Source of the DNA: Candidatus Adlerbacteria bacterium
GTDB taxonomy: Bacteria > Patescibacteriota > Minisyncoccia > Phycocordibacterales > SBAW01
Length of the DNA: 64,000 nt
NCBI GenBank assembly: GCA_003135635.1
Contig: PLCJ01000002.1
Coordinates: forward strand, 109,451-173,450
Direction of reading: 5' to 3'
This document shows, one piece after another, positions 10,655 to 20,839 of this stretch. The notes beneath the pieces are model-generated. The model did not search any database. It was not told where the DNA came from and saw only the letters and a program-made list of their open reading frames with translations. The first letter of the stretch is position 1, and each line of letters starts with the position of its first letter. The position numbers were made by a program, and so were the translations under genes.

Positions 10655-11857
10655 ATGGGGACTATTTCTCGTACCTTGTATTTTTTTACCTCGGCAGTGT
10701 TACTTGCGCTGGTGGTTATGTTCCCTCACGCTGCTTACGCAGCAACAAAACTTCAAGTTTCAGGTTGGATACCATACTGGAGGACGGCCACTGGTACCCA
10801 AGATGCGCTTCTTCATCTAAATGAGCTTAACCAAATAGACCCGTTTGGCTATATTGTCCAAAACGACGGTACTCTCTATGATGCGATGAACATAACGCAG
10901 CCATCATGGTCAACTCTTATAGCTGCTGCCAAAGCACAAAAAGTCCGTGTGATTCCTACGGTGATGTGGAGTAATGGCCAAGCCATTGATACCATATTGC
11001 GTAATCCCACAACGCGCGCTGCTCAAGAGAATGCGATTGTTGCCATGGTCAAACAAAATAATTTCGATGGTGTTGATATTGATTATGAAGGGAAACTTGC
11101 CCAAACAAAACCATACTTCTCCCTCTTTCTTAAGGAGCTTTATAAGAAAATGGGAAATAAATGGGTGGACTGTACCATTGAAGCACGCACACCAGCCTCA
11201 TCGGAATTTGCAATTATAACGCCTCAGGATTTTCAATATGCCAATGATTACAGCGCTATTAATAAATACTGTGATCAGGTTAACCTCATGACCTATGACC
11301 AGGGAACGATTGATATCAAACTCAATGCTGTAGCGGCAGGCCCATATATTCCAGTTGCCGATCCGCAATGGGTGAAGAAAGTGGTGTTACTCGCGGAGCA
11401 AACCATTTCAAAAAAGAAACTGGTGATCGGTGTTGCTACCTATGGCTACGAATTTTCAGTTACCTCCCTTACACAGGGGTATCGGTATGACATACAATGG
11501 GCTTTTAATCCAAGATATGCTCTTGAGCTAGCGGCGCAACTTGGAATCACTCCTGTGCGCAATGGTGCCGGGGAGTTGAGTTTCAGCTATGTGCCTTCTG
11601 AATTGCCTCTGCAAACATCTACCGCTACCTCAAGTGCGACAAGCACTACGGGGGAAGTACCTACCACGACTACTTCATACTCTCCACTTGCAGTCGCTGT
11701 CATAGGTCAACCATTTAATATTGTCTGGTGGAGCGACGCGCAGGCGGTTAAGGATAAAATAGCACTCGCTCAAAGCCTTGGAATCCGCGGCATTGCGATA
11801 TTTAAGATTGACGGAGGCGAAGATCCAAATCTCTGGAATATTTTGCCCCAAAAATAG
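10655..11857 (+). CDS. Secreted glycoside hydrolase family 18
   Basis: Signal peptide; FDGVDIDYE catalytic motif; LMTYD. Confidence 0.9.
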   Translation: MGTISRTLYFFTSAVLLALVVMFPHAAYAATKLQVSGWIPYWRTATGTQDALLHLNELNQIDPFGYIVQNDGTLYDAMNITQPSWSTLIAAAKAQKVRVIPTVMWSNGQAIDTILRNPTTRAAQENAIVAMVKQNNFDGVDIDYEGKLAQTKPYFSLFLKELYKKMGNKWVDCTIEARTPASSEFAIITPQDFQYANDYSAINKYCDQVNLMTYDQGTIDIKLNAVAAGPYIPVADPQWVKKVVLLAEQTISKKKLVIGVATYGYEFSVTSLTQGYRYDIQWAFNPRYALELAAQLGITPVRNGAGELSFSYVPSELPLQTSTATSSATSTTGEVPTTTTSYSPLAVAVIGQPFNIVWWSDAQAVKDKIALAQSLGIRGIAIFKIDGGEDPNLWNILPQK

Positions 11858-12013
11858 TGATACATTAGGTCCGGTAAATCGGTACCTCCATTGGGGGATG
11901 TGCAGATCTATTTAAGTGGGGGAGTGATAGAAGAATCCACACGCATTTGCTATACTGCCTAGAAATACAGTAACTTGTTTTTACTTTCTTCTGCACATTC
12001 GCCGATGTCCGAC

Positions 12014-12760
12014 TCATTTATCTGACTGAATAAACTTCAGTGCCTCGCGTACGGTGCTCATAAATTGAGCCGGAAAGATAATAGTCGAATTTTTTTCTGT
12101 GCTTATTTCTGCCATTGTCTGAAGGGTGCGTAGTTGAAGAGCTACTGGATGTTTGCTGATAATATCTGCCGCATCTGCAAGCTTTTGTGCAGCTTGCATT
12201 TCTCCTTGCGCAGCAACGATTTTCGCACGACGTTCGCGCTCGGCTTCGGCTTCCTTTGCCATTGCTCGCTGCATATTTTCTGGCATAACGATGTCTTTGA
12301 TCTCCACTGCGGTAACTTGTGCCCCCCATGGTTCGGTGTGCGTATCAATCACATTCTTGATCTGTGTATTTATATCCGCTGTTTGTGAAAGCAGCTGATC
12401 GAGCATGAATTGGCCGATAACATTTCGGACCGTTGTTTGGCTTATTTGATTGACTGCGTCATGAACATTTTCAACAGCAATTACTGATTTCATTGGATCG
12501 ATGATGTGATAGTACGCCACTGCGGCAATATCAATAGAAACATTGTCTTTCGTAATTATTTTTTGAGATGGTATAGCCATAGTGATCGTACGCAAGGTCA
12601 CCTTAGCCATCACTTCAATTAATGGAATAAGAAAGATTAATCCAGGACCGCGTACGCCTATAGCTCGACCAAGACGAAAAATAACGCCACGATTATATTC
12701 CTTGATAATGCGAACGGAGAACAATATCAGAACAATTATGACAGAAATTATGTAGATCAT
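12014..12760 (-). CDS. SPFH/stomatin-like (slipin) protein
   Basis: TM, ITKDNVSI, AEAERERRAK, ALQLRTLQT. Confidence 0.93.
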   Translation of the reverse strand: MIYIISVIIVLILFSVRIIKEYNRGVIFRLGRAIGVRGPGLIFLIPLIEVMAKVTLRTITMAIPSQKIITKDNVSIDIAAVAYYHIIDPMKSVIAVENVHDAVNQISQTTVRNVIGQFMLDQLLSQTADINTQIKNVIDTHTEPWGAQVTAVEIKDIVMPENMQRAMAKEAEAERERRAKIVAAQGEMQAAQKLADAADIISKHPVALQLRTLQTMAEISTEKNSTIIFPAQFMSTVREALKFIQSDK

Positions 12761-12893
12761 ATGCAGTTAAGTATATACCAACAGCCCAGTAGTAGCAGTA
12801 ACCTTGAAAATCTTTTCATTTTGGAGTTTGTGTTCTCAAAACTCTCCCTAGCGCCTCTCATGATGAAGGATGTTCGAACCTGTTTAATTATAT

Positions 12894-12936
12894 AAAAAGA
12901 AAATCGCCCATCCATAGGCGATATTCTGGATGGGCG
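12894..12936 (-). terminator. Intrinsic terminator of ORFan 12953-13225
   Basis: CGCCCATCCA/TGGATGGGCG stem followed by U-rich tract on minus strand. Confidence 0.75.
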
Positions 12937-12952
12937 GTCGGCGTTGGTTTCG

Positions 12953-13225
12953 TCACTGTGCGTTGCTGGCCACGCTCGCTTCGCACTCTTCAAGATAGCG
13001 AGCTGTGAACTCATGAAGAGAGAAGTTCGATCGAAAGCACTCAAGGAACTCCACAAGAGTCAGGCGGTGGCCGAAGTCACGGAGTATCCCCAACATTCTT
13101 ATGAACGACAGGTCAATGCAGATTTTCTCGGCAATCTGTCGGTCGAAGCGAAAATTAATGACTTCTTTGAGAAGATCTGCCCTTGACTTGGGGTGGTTGG
13201 TGCCTGCAGGATTGCTGTCTGGCAT
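12953..13225 (-). CDS. ORFan with own promoter, SD and terminator
   Basis: TAGACA-17-TATAAA (13289-13261), SD TAAGGAGGT, terminator downstream. Confidence 0.65.
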   Translation of the reverse strand: MPDSNPAGTNHPKSRADLLKEVINFRFDRQIAEKICIDLSFIRMLGILRDFGHRLTLVEFLECFRSNFSLHEFTARYLEECEASVASNAQ

Positions 13226-13337
13226 GGGAAACCTCCTTATGGGTGCCAGTATCTGTTATCTTTATACTATATAATTTTGGTTTTGTCTATTTTTTCGTTT
13301 GCCCCACACCTTGGAAGATGTTAGAACCTATTGTATA

Positions 13338-13374
13338 TAAAAAAGATGAGCCTCGGACATGTCTGCCGAGGCTC
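13338..13374 (-). terminator. Intrinsic terminator after P-type ATPase
   Basis: GAGCCTCGG/CCGAGGCTC stem plus U tract on minus strand. Confidence 0.75.
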
Positions 13375-13391
13375 GAGAAGGATGTTGGTAA

Positions 13392-15911
13392 CTAATTCTT
13401 AACTAATGCCTTAAAGTACCATACTTTAATAACATCGACTATAAAGAAGTATATAAGTGTCAAAATAGCGAGTATCGCTAGCGTCACTAATGATAGGGGA
13501 GCAAAAGAAAACCATATTTGAAACTGTGGAATATAAATAATGCACAAAGAAAATAGGAATGCTAACGCGAATGAGATATTTAATACTGTAGATGGTTTTT
13601 TTGCGTTCCAAAATGATCTTTCACTGCGAACGCTATAAAATACAATCAACGCGATAAAGGTTAAAAATATATAGAGACTTGTCTCAACATAGCGTTGCGG
13701 TTCCAAACGAATGAGTAAAAAATAAAAAATTTCAAATAGTGCAGTTGGAATACCAAGAAGTATAGAAAGAAACATAAGTCTACGCACGTTATGTTTTTCG
13801 GGTCGTACCACCTCCTCGTCCGTAGTGCTATCAGTAGAAATCATAATCATGGGAATATCAGTAATAAGGCTGGTGAGCAAAATCTGTATAGGCAGAAGCG
13901 GCAAATCTGTTGAAAAGAGATAAAACATTGATAGGGCAATGAAATTACCGAAATTACTCACCATGGTGTGCTTGATATATTTATTTATGTTGACGAAAAT
14001 TGAACGTCCATATTTAATCCCGTTGATAATAACCTCAAGGCTGCTTTTTAGCAGAACAATATCAGCATTCTCTTTTGCAATGTCTGTTGCCGAATTTACT
14101 GCTATTGCTACATCTGCTAATTTTAGTGCAGGCGCATCGTTGATCCCATCACCCTGATAGGCAACGACATACTGCTTTTTGAGTATTTTAATAATGTTAT
14201 ATTTTTGCGTGGAGGTAACCCTGGCAAAAATATTACTTGTGGTAATTGCCGCTTCAAGCTGGCTCGGGGACATTTTTTCAAGTTCATTCCCAAGATACAC
14301 CTGCCCGCCTTCTTTCATTAACCCAATTTGCTCTCCAATATATTGAGCTACCTCTCTGCTATCTCCGGTGAGAATTTTAATGCGTATGCCTAATTTTTCT
14401 GCTCGCTGAAGAGTATTTTTTACACCCGGGCGTAATGGATCGTCCATAGAGACATACCCCAAGAAAGTAAGTCCTTCCTCGTGTTTGAGAATATCGAAAT
14501 CATCACTATAGGAAACCTCACGGTAGGCAAGAGCTAAATGGTGTAATCCTGTTTTACCTTCCTTGGTAATGTTCTCTAGATATGCTGCGGTATGGACATG
14601 CTTGGTTATCTGAAGCAATACTTCTGGGGCGCCGATAACAACCAGAAAATATTTTTTAGTATGCGTATCCTCCAAAACCATCCTGCTTCTTCGGTCATTG
14701 GGGTCAAACGGTAATTCTTTAATAATCCGTAGTGCTGCTGCCTTCTTTTTGAGTGACTCTGACACATAGTTGAAAAATGCATCATCGTAGGAATTTTGTG
14801 TTCTATGTTTTCTTGTTTTTAGTGGTGCAATAGCAGCAAATGCAAGGATTTGAAACAACTCAACATCGCTTGAGACAACACTGCGTATTTGCATCTTATT
14901 CTCTGTAATAGTCCCCGTTTTATCGGTACACAAGAGATTTACGTTTCCAAGATCCTCCAGTGCCGACAGCCTCTTCACCACAACGTGCTTTTGAGCCAGT
15001 GCGAGAGCTCCACGGGAAAGAGAAATGGTGGCAATGACTGGCAATACCTCCGGTACCACCGCAACGGCCATTGCAATAATAAATAACAAAAGACCACTAA
15101 TGTTGGATAATCCTCCGTTGAGAATGAGCTTTGAAATGAAGAGTGCCGCCAAGCCTATGAAAACAAACTTAACAAGAAATGTGCTAAATGATTGCAGCGA
15201 CTGCTCATAGGGTGTTTCTTTTTTTGTGGAGAGCGATAACTCTGCAATGGCTCCGAGCTCAGTGTTTTTTCCAGTCGCATACACGACACCTACCGCAACG
15301 CCCCTCTCAATGATGCTCCCAGTAAAAACTAAGTTTTTCTCTGAAAGAGCATGCTCTTTTGAGACTTGTTTTATCACGGGCAATGATTCTCCGGTAAGTT
15401 GTGATTCATTGACCTCTAAATCTGTTACCTGAAGTAATCGCATATCTGCGGGTACAATATCTCCCTCGCGAATCATGAGTACATCGCCTGGAACTATTTG
15501 TGTAGTATCAAGGAGCATCTCCTTGTCATCACGTCTGAGCCTCACCTGCGTCGTAATGAATTGCTCGAGTTTTTCTATAATTTTTTCAGATCTATATTCT
15601 TGAAAAAAACTTAGCGTTATATTGATAAGTAGGATAACCGCAATAATAGTGCCATCTGAATAGTCCCCGATACTATAGGAAATAAGTGTTGCCGCGAGCA
15701 GGAGATATACAAGAGAACTGCGCAACTGACGAATTAAAATGGTGCGCGCATGGTCATGGTGTCTTACGAATACGTTTTTACCGTAGCGAAGAAGTCGTGC
15801 GTGCGCATCGCTTTGGCTAAGACCCCCTATTGATGTCTCAAGCCTACCGAGAAATTCCTCTGTACTTAACGTAAGAACTTCTTTTTTATCCATACCAGAA
15901 TAGTCCATCAT
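13392..15911 (-). CDS. Cation-transporting P-type ATPase (MgtA-like)
   Basis: TGES, PEVLP, DKTGT, TGD, GDGINDAPAL. Confidence 0.93.
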   Translation of the reverse strand: MMDYSGMDKKEVLTLSTEEFLGRLETSIGGLSQSDAHARLLRYGKNVFVRHHDHARTILIRQLRSSLVYLLLAATLISYSIGDYSDGTIIAVILLINITLSFFQEYRSEKIIEKLEQFITTQVRLRRDDKEMLLDTTQIVPGDVLMIREGDIVPADMRLLQVTDLEVNESQLTGESLPVIKQVSKEHALSEKNLVFTGSIIERGVAVGVVYATGKNTELGAIAELSLSTKKETPYEQSLQSFSTFLVKFVFIGLAALFISKLILNGGLSNISGLLLFIIAMAVAVVPEVLPVIATISLSRGALALAQKHVVVKRLSALEDLGNVNLLCTDKTGTITENKMQIRSVVSSDVELFQILAFAAIAPLKTRKHRTQNSYDDAFFNYVSESLKKKAAALRIIKELPFDPNDRRSRMVLEDTHTKKYFLVVIGAPEVLLQITKHVHTAAYLENITKEGKTGLHHLALAYREVSYSDDFDILKHEEGLTFLGYVSMDDPLRPGVKNTLQRAEKLGIRIKILTGDSREVAQYIGEQIGLMKEGGQVYLGNELEKMSPSQLEAAITTSNIFARVTSTQKYNIIKILKKQYVVAYQGDGINDAPALKLADVAIAVNSATDIAKENADIVLLKSSLEVIINGIKYGRSIFVNINKYIKHTMVSNFGNFIALSMFYLFSTDLPLLPIQILLTSLITDIPMIMISTDSTTDEEVVRPEKHNVRRLMFLSILLGIPTALFEIFYFLLIRLEPQRYVETSLYIFLTFIALIVFYSVRSERSFWNAKKPSTVLNISFALAFLFSLCIIYIPQFQIWFSFAPLSLVTLAILAILTLIYFFIVDVIKVWYFKALVKN

Positions 15912-15948
15912 GAGTTGGAGTGTATGTCACAGTGATATTGTATACTGA

Positions 15949-17646
15949 ATGGAGCGTATGTCCTTAACGGATGAATTGAGGGAGGTAGTACGAGGTGAAG
16001 TGGAAGATTCGCCGGAGGTACTTCAGCAATACTCGCGCGACGCGAGCCTTTTTGTTATACAACCACAAGTAGTTGTGCGTCCTATGGATGCACAAGATGT
16101 ATGCACGGTGGTACATCTTGTAAGCACAAAAAAACAGGCACCAAAGTCTCATATTTCAATTACCGCTCGCTCTGCAGGCACGGATATGTCAGGCGGTCCT
16201 CTTAATGATTCGATCATTCTTGACATGACTCGGCATTTCAATCGCTTGATTGAGCTTGGTGACAATTACACCATCGTAGAGCCAGGCATGTATTTCAGGG
16301 ACTTTGACCGTCAGACGCAAACAAAACACCTCGAGCTTCCGAGCTATACTGCTTCCCGCGAGATCAACACGGTGGGAGGTATGGTTGCCAATAATTCAGG
16401 GGGCGAAAAAAACCTTAAATATGGGAAAACTGCGCGCTATGTAGAGGAGCTTGAAGTGGTGCTTGCAGACGGACAAGTGCATACCCTCAAATGCCTACGG
16501 GGTGAAGCACTACGTGCCAAATGTCTCGAGCGAAGCTTTGAGGGAGAGGTATATCGTGCCCTCTCTTCGCTCATTTCGACTAATCGGGATGTCATTGAGG
16601 CAGCCAAGCCCGGGGTAGAGAAAAATTCTTCTGGATATGCGCTTTGGGAGATGGGAGATGGCACCGAGTCACTTGATCTTGCTCGTCTTATGGTGGGGGC
16701 TCAGGGAACGCTTGGCATTATTACCAAAATTCGATTTTCACTCATTAACCCCAAGCCCTATGCGGCTATGGTCATAATTTTTTTGCACAGTCTTTCTGAG
16801 CTGGGCAGTATCGTGTCGCCAGTTCTTGTGCATGAGCCGGATAGTTTTGAATCCTATGACGACCACACCTTTACTCTTGGAGTGCGATATTTCCCAGAGT
16901 TTGCAAAACAATTAAAAATGAACTTTATTTCACTTGTGCTTTCTTTTCTACCTGAGATGTGGATGGTAATAACGGGTGGGGTGCCGAAGTTGGTTCTCAT
17001 GGTGGAGTTTCGTGCTCGCTCTCAGGAAGAGGCGCTTAATAAGGCAGAAGATTTGGCAGAAGAAATTGAACATACAAATCCTCGTGTTTCACTGCGTGTG
17101 GCTTCTTCTGAGCGTGCAACACGGAAATATTGGCTTTTGAGGCGGGAGAGTTTTAATCTTCTGCGCAAAAAAGTTCGGGGCTTGCGCACCGCTCCTTTTA
17201 TCGATGATTTTGTGGTTCCGCCCCAGAAGCTTTCGGAATTTCTCCCTAAACTTGATGCAATCCTATCAACGTATAATCTCACGTACACCATTACGGGCCA
17301 TGTGGGTGACGGAAACTTCCACATCATCCCTCTGATAAACCCCAAGGAGACACGCCTCCCGCATCTTATCGATGAACTGTCACACAAAGTGTACGATCTC
17401 GTTCTTTCTTATCACGGTTCAATTACCGGGGAGCATAATGATGGAATTGCTCGGACACCCTATGTAGAAAAAATGTTTGGTCCTGCCATGTACGCACTTT
17501 TCCACGAGGTAAAAAGCATACTCGATCCGCACAATATTTTTAATCCGGGGAAAAAGGTAGGACTTACTTTCTCCGAGGCCCTTACGTATCTTGATCTTCC
17601 GCCCCAAGTGGTGGTTACGCAAACCCAGGAAAGAAATCAGTCTTAA
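15949..17646 (+). CDS. FAD-linked oxidoreductase (GlcD/D-lactate dehydrogenase family)
   Basis: RSAGTDMSGG, GAQGTLGII, GHVGDGNFH, GEHNDG, FNPGK. Confidence 0.9.
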   Translation: MERMSLTDELREVVRGEVEDSPEVLQQYSRDASLFVIQPQVVVRPMDAQDVCTVVHLVSTKKQAPKSHISITARSAGTDMSGGPLNDSIILDMTRHFNRLIELGDNYTIVEPGMYFRDFDRQTQTKHLELPSYTASREINTVGGMVANNSGGEKNLKYGKTARYVEELEVVLADGQVHTLKCLRGEALRAKCLERSFEGEVYRALSSLISTNRDVIEAAKPGVEKNSSGYALWEMGDGTESLDLARLMVGAQGTLGIITKIRFSLINPKPYAAMVIIFLHSLSELGSIVSPVLVHEPDSFESYDDHTFTLGVRYFPEFAKQLKMNFISLVLSFLPEMWMVITGGVPKLVLMVEFRARSQEEALNKAEDLAEEIEHTNPRVSLRVASSERATRKYWLLRRESFNLLRKKVRGLRTAPFIDDFVVPPQKLSEFLPKLDAILSTYNLTYTITGHVGDGNFHIIPLINPKETRLPHLIDELSHKVYDLVLSYHGSITGEHNDGIARTPYVEKMFGPAMYALFHEVKSILDPHNIFNPGKKVGLTFSEALTYLDLPPQVVVTQTQERNQS

Positions 17647-19126
17647 TGTGTCTGCCGGGAATCCCGAGATCTGCAAGCGTTTTTTTAAAACCTTCCACCA
17701 TACTATTTGGTCCTGATATATAGAATATGCGCTCAGAGTAATCAGGTACTTCCCGCGCAATAAGCTCCTTAGTGATCATGCCGGTGTGGAAACCCTCAAT
17801 AGGCGCTTCATCTGTTATGGCATACATTACCCTGAGCCCAAGCACAACGCGGGCTTTGTCAAAGATTTCCTTGTACGCAATATCACCACGCGTTCTATTT
17901 GAGTAAAAAAGTACAATATCTCGCTTTTCCCGCTTCCCCAGCAAATACGTTATCATGCTGCGAAAAGGAGTAATACCAATGCCGCCTGCAATAAAGACGA
18001 GTTTGCGTTTTGGATTTGAGGGCAACGTAAAATCACCTCCCACGCGCAGTGCGCTTAATGATTGCCCCGGCCGCATTGCGGCAAGGGCATCCTTGAAAGA
18101 ACTAGCAGGTTCAGTGAATTTAACACCAAGACGAATGTTTGATTCAGTAGGGGAGGAAGCAATAGTGAAATAACGTCGGTTACCCCGGCTGTCGGGCTTT
18201 TCATGCGGAAATGTCCACTCCATGTATTGCCCGGGGCGAAACGTCAGCATACGATCGGAGGAAAAAACAAAATCAGAACTGCTTTGACTCGTTCTCTCTA
18301 TAGCGTTGAGCGTGAGGATCATTCTGCCTTTGGGATTAATAAAACTGGAAAAGAAATTACCAACAATAAGCGCCAACTCCGGTGTCGAATATAAGGAGCC
18401 GATATGAATTGCGGGAGCAAATAAGGCTCCCACAAGTGCGCCGTACCCAAGCCGTATAGGGCGCCGTGAGGGTGTAGTTATAGGTTCGGTAAGCATCACA
18501 AATCCCAAAAAAAGAAGCGGGGAGCCAACGAAAACTTTCTGCAACAAATCAAGCAGGTTGTAAGAAGGAGCAGTAATCCACACGCTTAGAAGTGCTGCTA
18601 TGGTGAATGTGCATACGAGATCAAAACGTTGCATTTTGCGCAGCAATAACAAACCACCGATGAGCACAAAAGGTAAAAGGGGAACATTGCCCCCCACCCA
18701 CCAACTGGCTCCTTGACCAAACACAAGCCCCATAACTACCACAGCAAGAGCGGCGGGGTTAAATATTGGACTCTTGTTCAAGGTAAGAAGATATTTTGAG
18801 GTGATGGCAATAGCTGAGAGTAAAACAAGATAAAATACCCCCAACATATTCAAAGGACTAACGGGGCTTACAATGAGCGCGAGGATGAGCGCCGTGATAT
18901 ATGTCGACTCAACGTTTGTTGGGGCAGAGAAAAGAAATGCGCAGAGCTTATTTATAAGCAAGCAGGAGAAAGTAATAAGAAGCGCTGAAAAGAGAATAGC
19001 AACCGGTGTAAAGGGCAGAAGCGCAAAAAATCCAAATACTATGGCCGCCGCAAGCAGCGCCAAGAGATAATAGAGCGTGAGGCGATACATCGTAATGCCG
19101 TTAAGCACACGATCAATGGGGTTCAT
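17615..19126 (-). CDS. RnfD/NqrB-like membrane domain fused to FNR-type NAD(P)H:flavin oxidoreductase
   Basis: FNPAA and MLTEPITTP in multi-TM N-half; RYFTIASSP, AGGIGITPF, YISGP, DFFPGF in C-half. Confidence 0.88.
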   Translation of the reverse strand: MNPIDRVLNGITMYRLTLYYLLALLAAAIVFGFFALLPFTPVAILFSALLITFSCLLINKLCAFLFSAPTNVESTYITALILALIVSPVSPLNMLGVFYLVLLSAIAITSKYLLTLNKSPIFNPAALAVVVMGLVFGQGASWWVGGNVPLLPFVLIGGLLLLRKMQRFDLVCTFTIAALLSVWITAPSYNLLDLLQKVFVGSPLLFLGFVMLTEPITTPSRRPIRLGYGALVGALFAPAIHIGSLYSTPELALIVGNFFSSFINPKGRMILTLNAIERTSQSSSDFVFSSDRMLTFRPGQYMEWTFPHEKPDSRGNRRYFTIASSPTESNIRLGVKFTEPASSFKDALAAMRPGQSLSALRVGGDFTLPSNPKRKLVFIAGGIGITPFRSMITYLLGKREKRDIVLFYSNRTRGDIAYKEIFDKARVVLGLRVMYAITDEAPIEGFHTGMITKELIAREVPDYSERIFYISGPNSMVEGFKKTLADLGIPGRHIKTDFFPGFA

Positions 19127-19872
19127 AGTGTTGTGTATGCTTCAAAGCCGCTAGTCATAGTTGCGATGCCTTCCGTATCAATACTGTATCCTTCAAAACC
19201 TTTTAATGATTCGATAAACATCATACCTTGTTTTCCCATAGCAAAAGCACCCGTTGCAAAACGATCTGCTTCGCACACGTCGGGGCCAATGATGGTGAGG
19301 CTCACCGGATCAAGTATTGCCTCTGTGGGCGCATGTGGATTATAAATGTGCTGTCCACGCACGTAGGTGCCTGAAGTGGCTACTCCGTGGCCTCGTGGAT
19401 AGAGTACTTTTACTATTTCCTCTGTTTGAAATGGATTACGGATTCCCACGCTCCACGGATTTTCTTGGTTATTGTGTCCTGAAGATTGAATATCTCCGCC
19501 AGCATCAATGAAGAAGTCCCGGTATCCTAAGTTGCGCAGCAGGTCTGCAGCATTTCGTATTGCCCAGCCCTTGACGACTCCTGATGGATCTATGGATCCA
19601 TCGGGTCTTTGTATATTAAAGTAACCCCCTGTCTCTTGGTGCGTTTTTTGCGCAAGAGAGAATACTTCTTGCATTTCTTTGCTCCACTGCTGCTTTTGGA
19701 TCTCCTTGCGGTTTATTTGCATCACTTCGCTAGTGTATTTGTACGTGCTAAAACGTTCATCTACCGCAGTAAAATATTTAAATACTTTATTAATGGCATC
19801 TTCTGCTCGGGAACTGTCAGATACCACCTCGACAGTAATGGGCATTCCCATAATAAGTCGGCTCTGGCGCAT
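19123..19872 (-). CDS. apbE: FAD:protein FMN transferase
   Basis: IMGMPI, DPSGVVKGWA, DAGGD, ATSG, HIYNP, ADRFAT. Confidence 0.92.
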   Translation of the reverse strand: MRQSRLIMGMPITVEVVSDSSRAEDAINKVFKYFTAVDERFSTYKYTSEVMQINRKEIQKQQWSKEMQEVFSLAQKTHQETGGYFNIQRPDGSIDPSGVVKGWAIRNAADLLRNLGYRDFFIDAGGDIQSSGHNNQENPWSVGIRNPFQTEEIVKVLYPRGHGVATSGTYVRGQHIYNPHAPTEAILDPVSLTIIGPDVCEADRFATGAFAMGKQGMMFIESLKGFEGYSIDTEGIATMTSGFEAYTTL

Positions 19873-19881
19873 ACCCGGGTC

Positions 19882-20343
19882 CTATGACGCTTGTGTAAGC
19901 GCGGAGGAGAGAGATTGTACAAATGCCCCACTTGATTGGGTTGCCCCTGAAACGGTGTTGACTTGTGCACTTTGAGCGGCAATCGCTTCACTTCTAAGAA
20001 TAGGCAGGGCATAGCTACTTACTTCCTGAGAGTGCGCCTGATCACTTGGATACTGGAGGAACGTCACATCCGTAAGTCTGCCACCTTGTATAAGAATTTG
20101 TACTTGCAGAGGACCATAAAATGCGTCTGCCGTAGAACCAGTATACGTGCCATCTTTATATGTGCCCGCTGTTGTAGCAACGACAGGAGTGGGACTATTT
20201 GTACTCGTGCTTTGAGTGGTGGGGGTGGGAGTTGAGGGAAAAGGACTCAGGGCTATGATCTTTGAAGAAGATACACTATTCCACCAGGCGTAGGCGCCGA
20301 GTGCTATGAGTAGTAGTGCTGCAAGTATAATTTTTTTCATCAT
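19882..20343 (-). CDS. Membrane-anchored FMN-binding (FMN_bind) protein
   Basis: YKDGTYTG and flavinylation motif VSGAT. Confidence 0.9.
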   Translation of the reverse strand: MMKKIILAALLLIALGAYAWWNSVSSSKIIALSPFPSTPTPTTQSTSTNSPTPVVATTAGTYKDGTYTGSTADAFYGPLQVQILIQGGRLTDVTFLQYPSDQAHSQEVSSYALPILRSEAIAAQSAQVNTVSGATQSSGAFVQSLSSALTQAS

Positions 20344-20345
20344 TA

Positions 20346-20750
20346 TTACTGAGTTGAAGTTGGAGGGAGAGGGCTTCCCACAGGACGGATTTGGACTGAC
20401 TGGGCAGTTACGCTGCCGTCGGCATTTGTAGAGCCCGTCACCACGACGTTGGTTCCAACAGCTAAATCATTAAGCGTGCCACTGGCAGATTTCATCACTT
20501 GTGTTGCACTGCTGACCAGCACGATTCTGGTGCTGCCACTTGACATCTTTACCGTAACACTGCCGGAGCCCTCAGTAATGATTTGCCCCGAGGTAAAGTT
20601 AGCACCAGCGCGCGCGCCAGTCCCTGGAGTGAACTGGCCACCGGTAAACTGACTGCGTGCGGCTGGGTGTGCTTTTTGATAGGCCGTCCCGCCCCAAAAT
20701 GAGCCCCCGGCAATGATAATGACTCCTATGATTAGCAAAAATGTTTTCAT
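20346..20750 (-). CDS. Membrane-anchored OB-fold protein (DUF5666-like)
   Basis: TM then LAVGTNVVVTGSTNADGSVTAQSVQI. Confidence 0.65.
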   Translation of the reverse strand: MKTFLLIIGVIIIAGGSFWGGTAYQKAHPAARSQFTGGQFTPGTGARAGANFTSGQIITEGSGSVTVKMSSGSTRIVLVSSATQVMKSASGTLNDLAVGTNVVVTGSTNADGSVTAQSVQIRPVGSPLPPTSTQ

Positions 20751-20778
20751 ATCTAATGTGTGTTAGCAGATATTAAAT

Positions 20779-20805
20779 CATACGTGGTAGTAAGACATTT
20801 GGTGC
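20779..20805 (-). promoter_or_regulatory. Putative ECF sigma promoter
   Basis: GCACCAAAT-N12-CGTATG; second copy at 25472-25499. Confidence 0.65.
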
Positions 20806-20839
20806 ACAAAAGAGATCACTCATCTTAATTATTGCTTTT

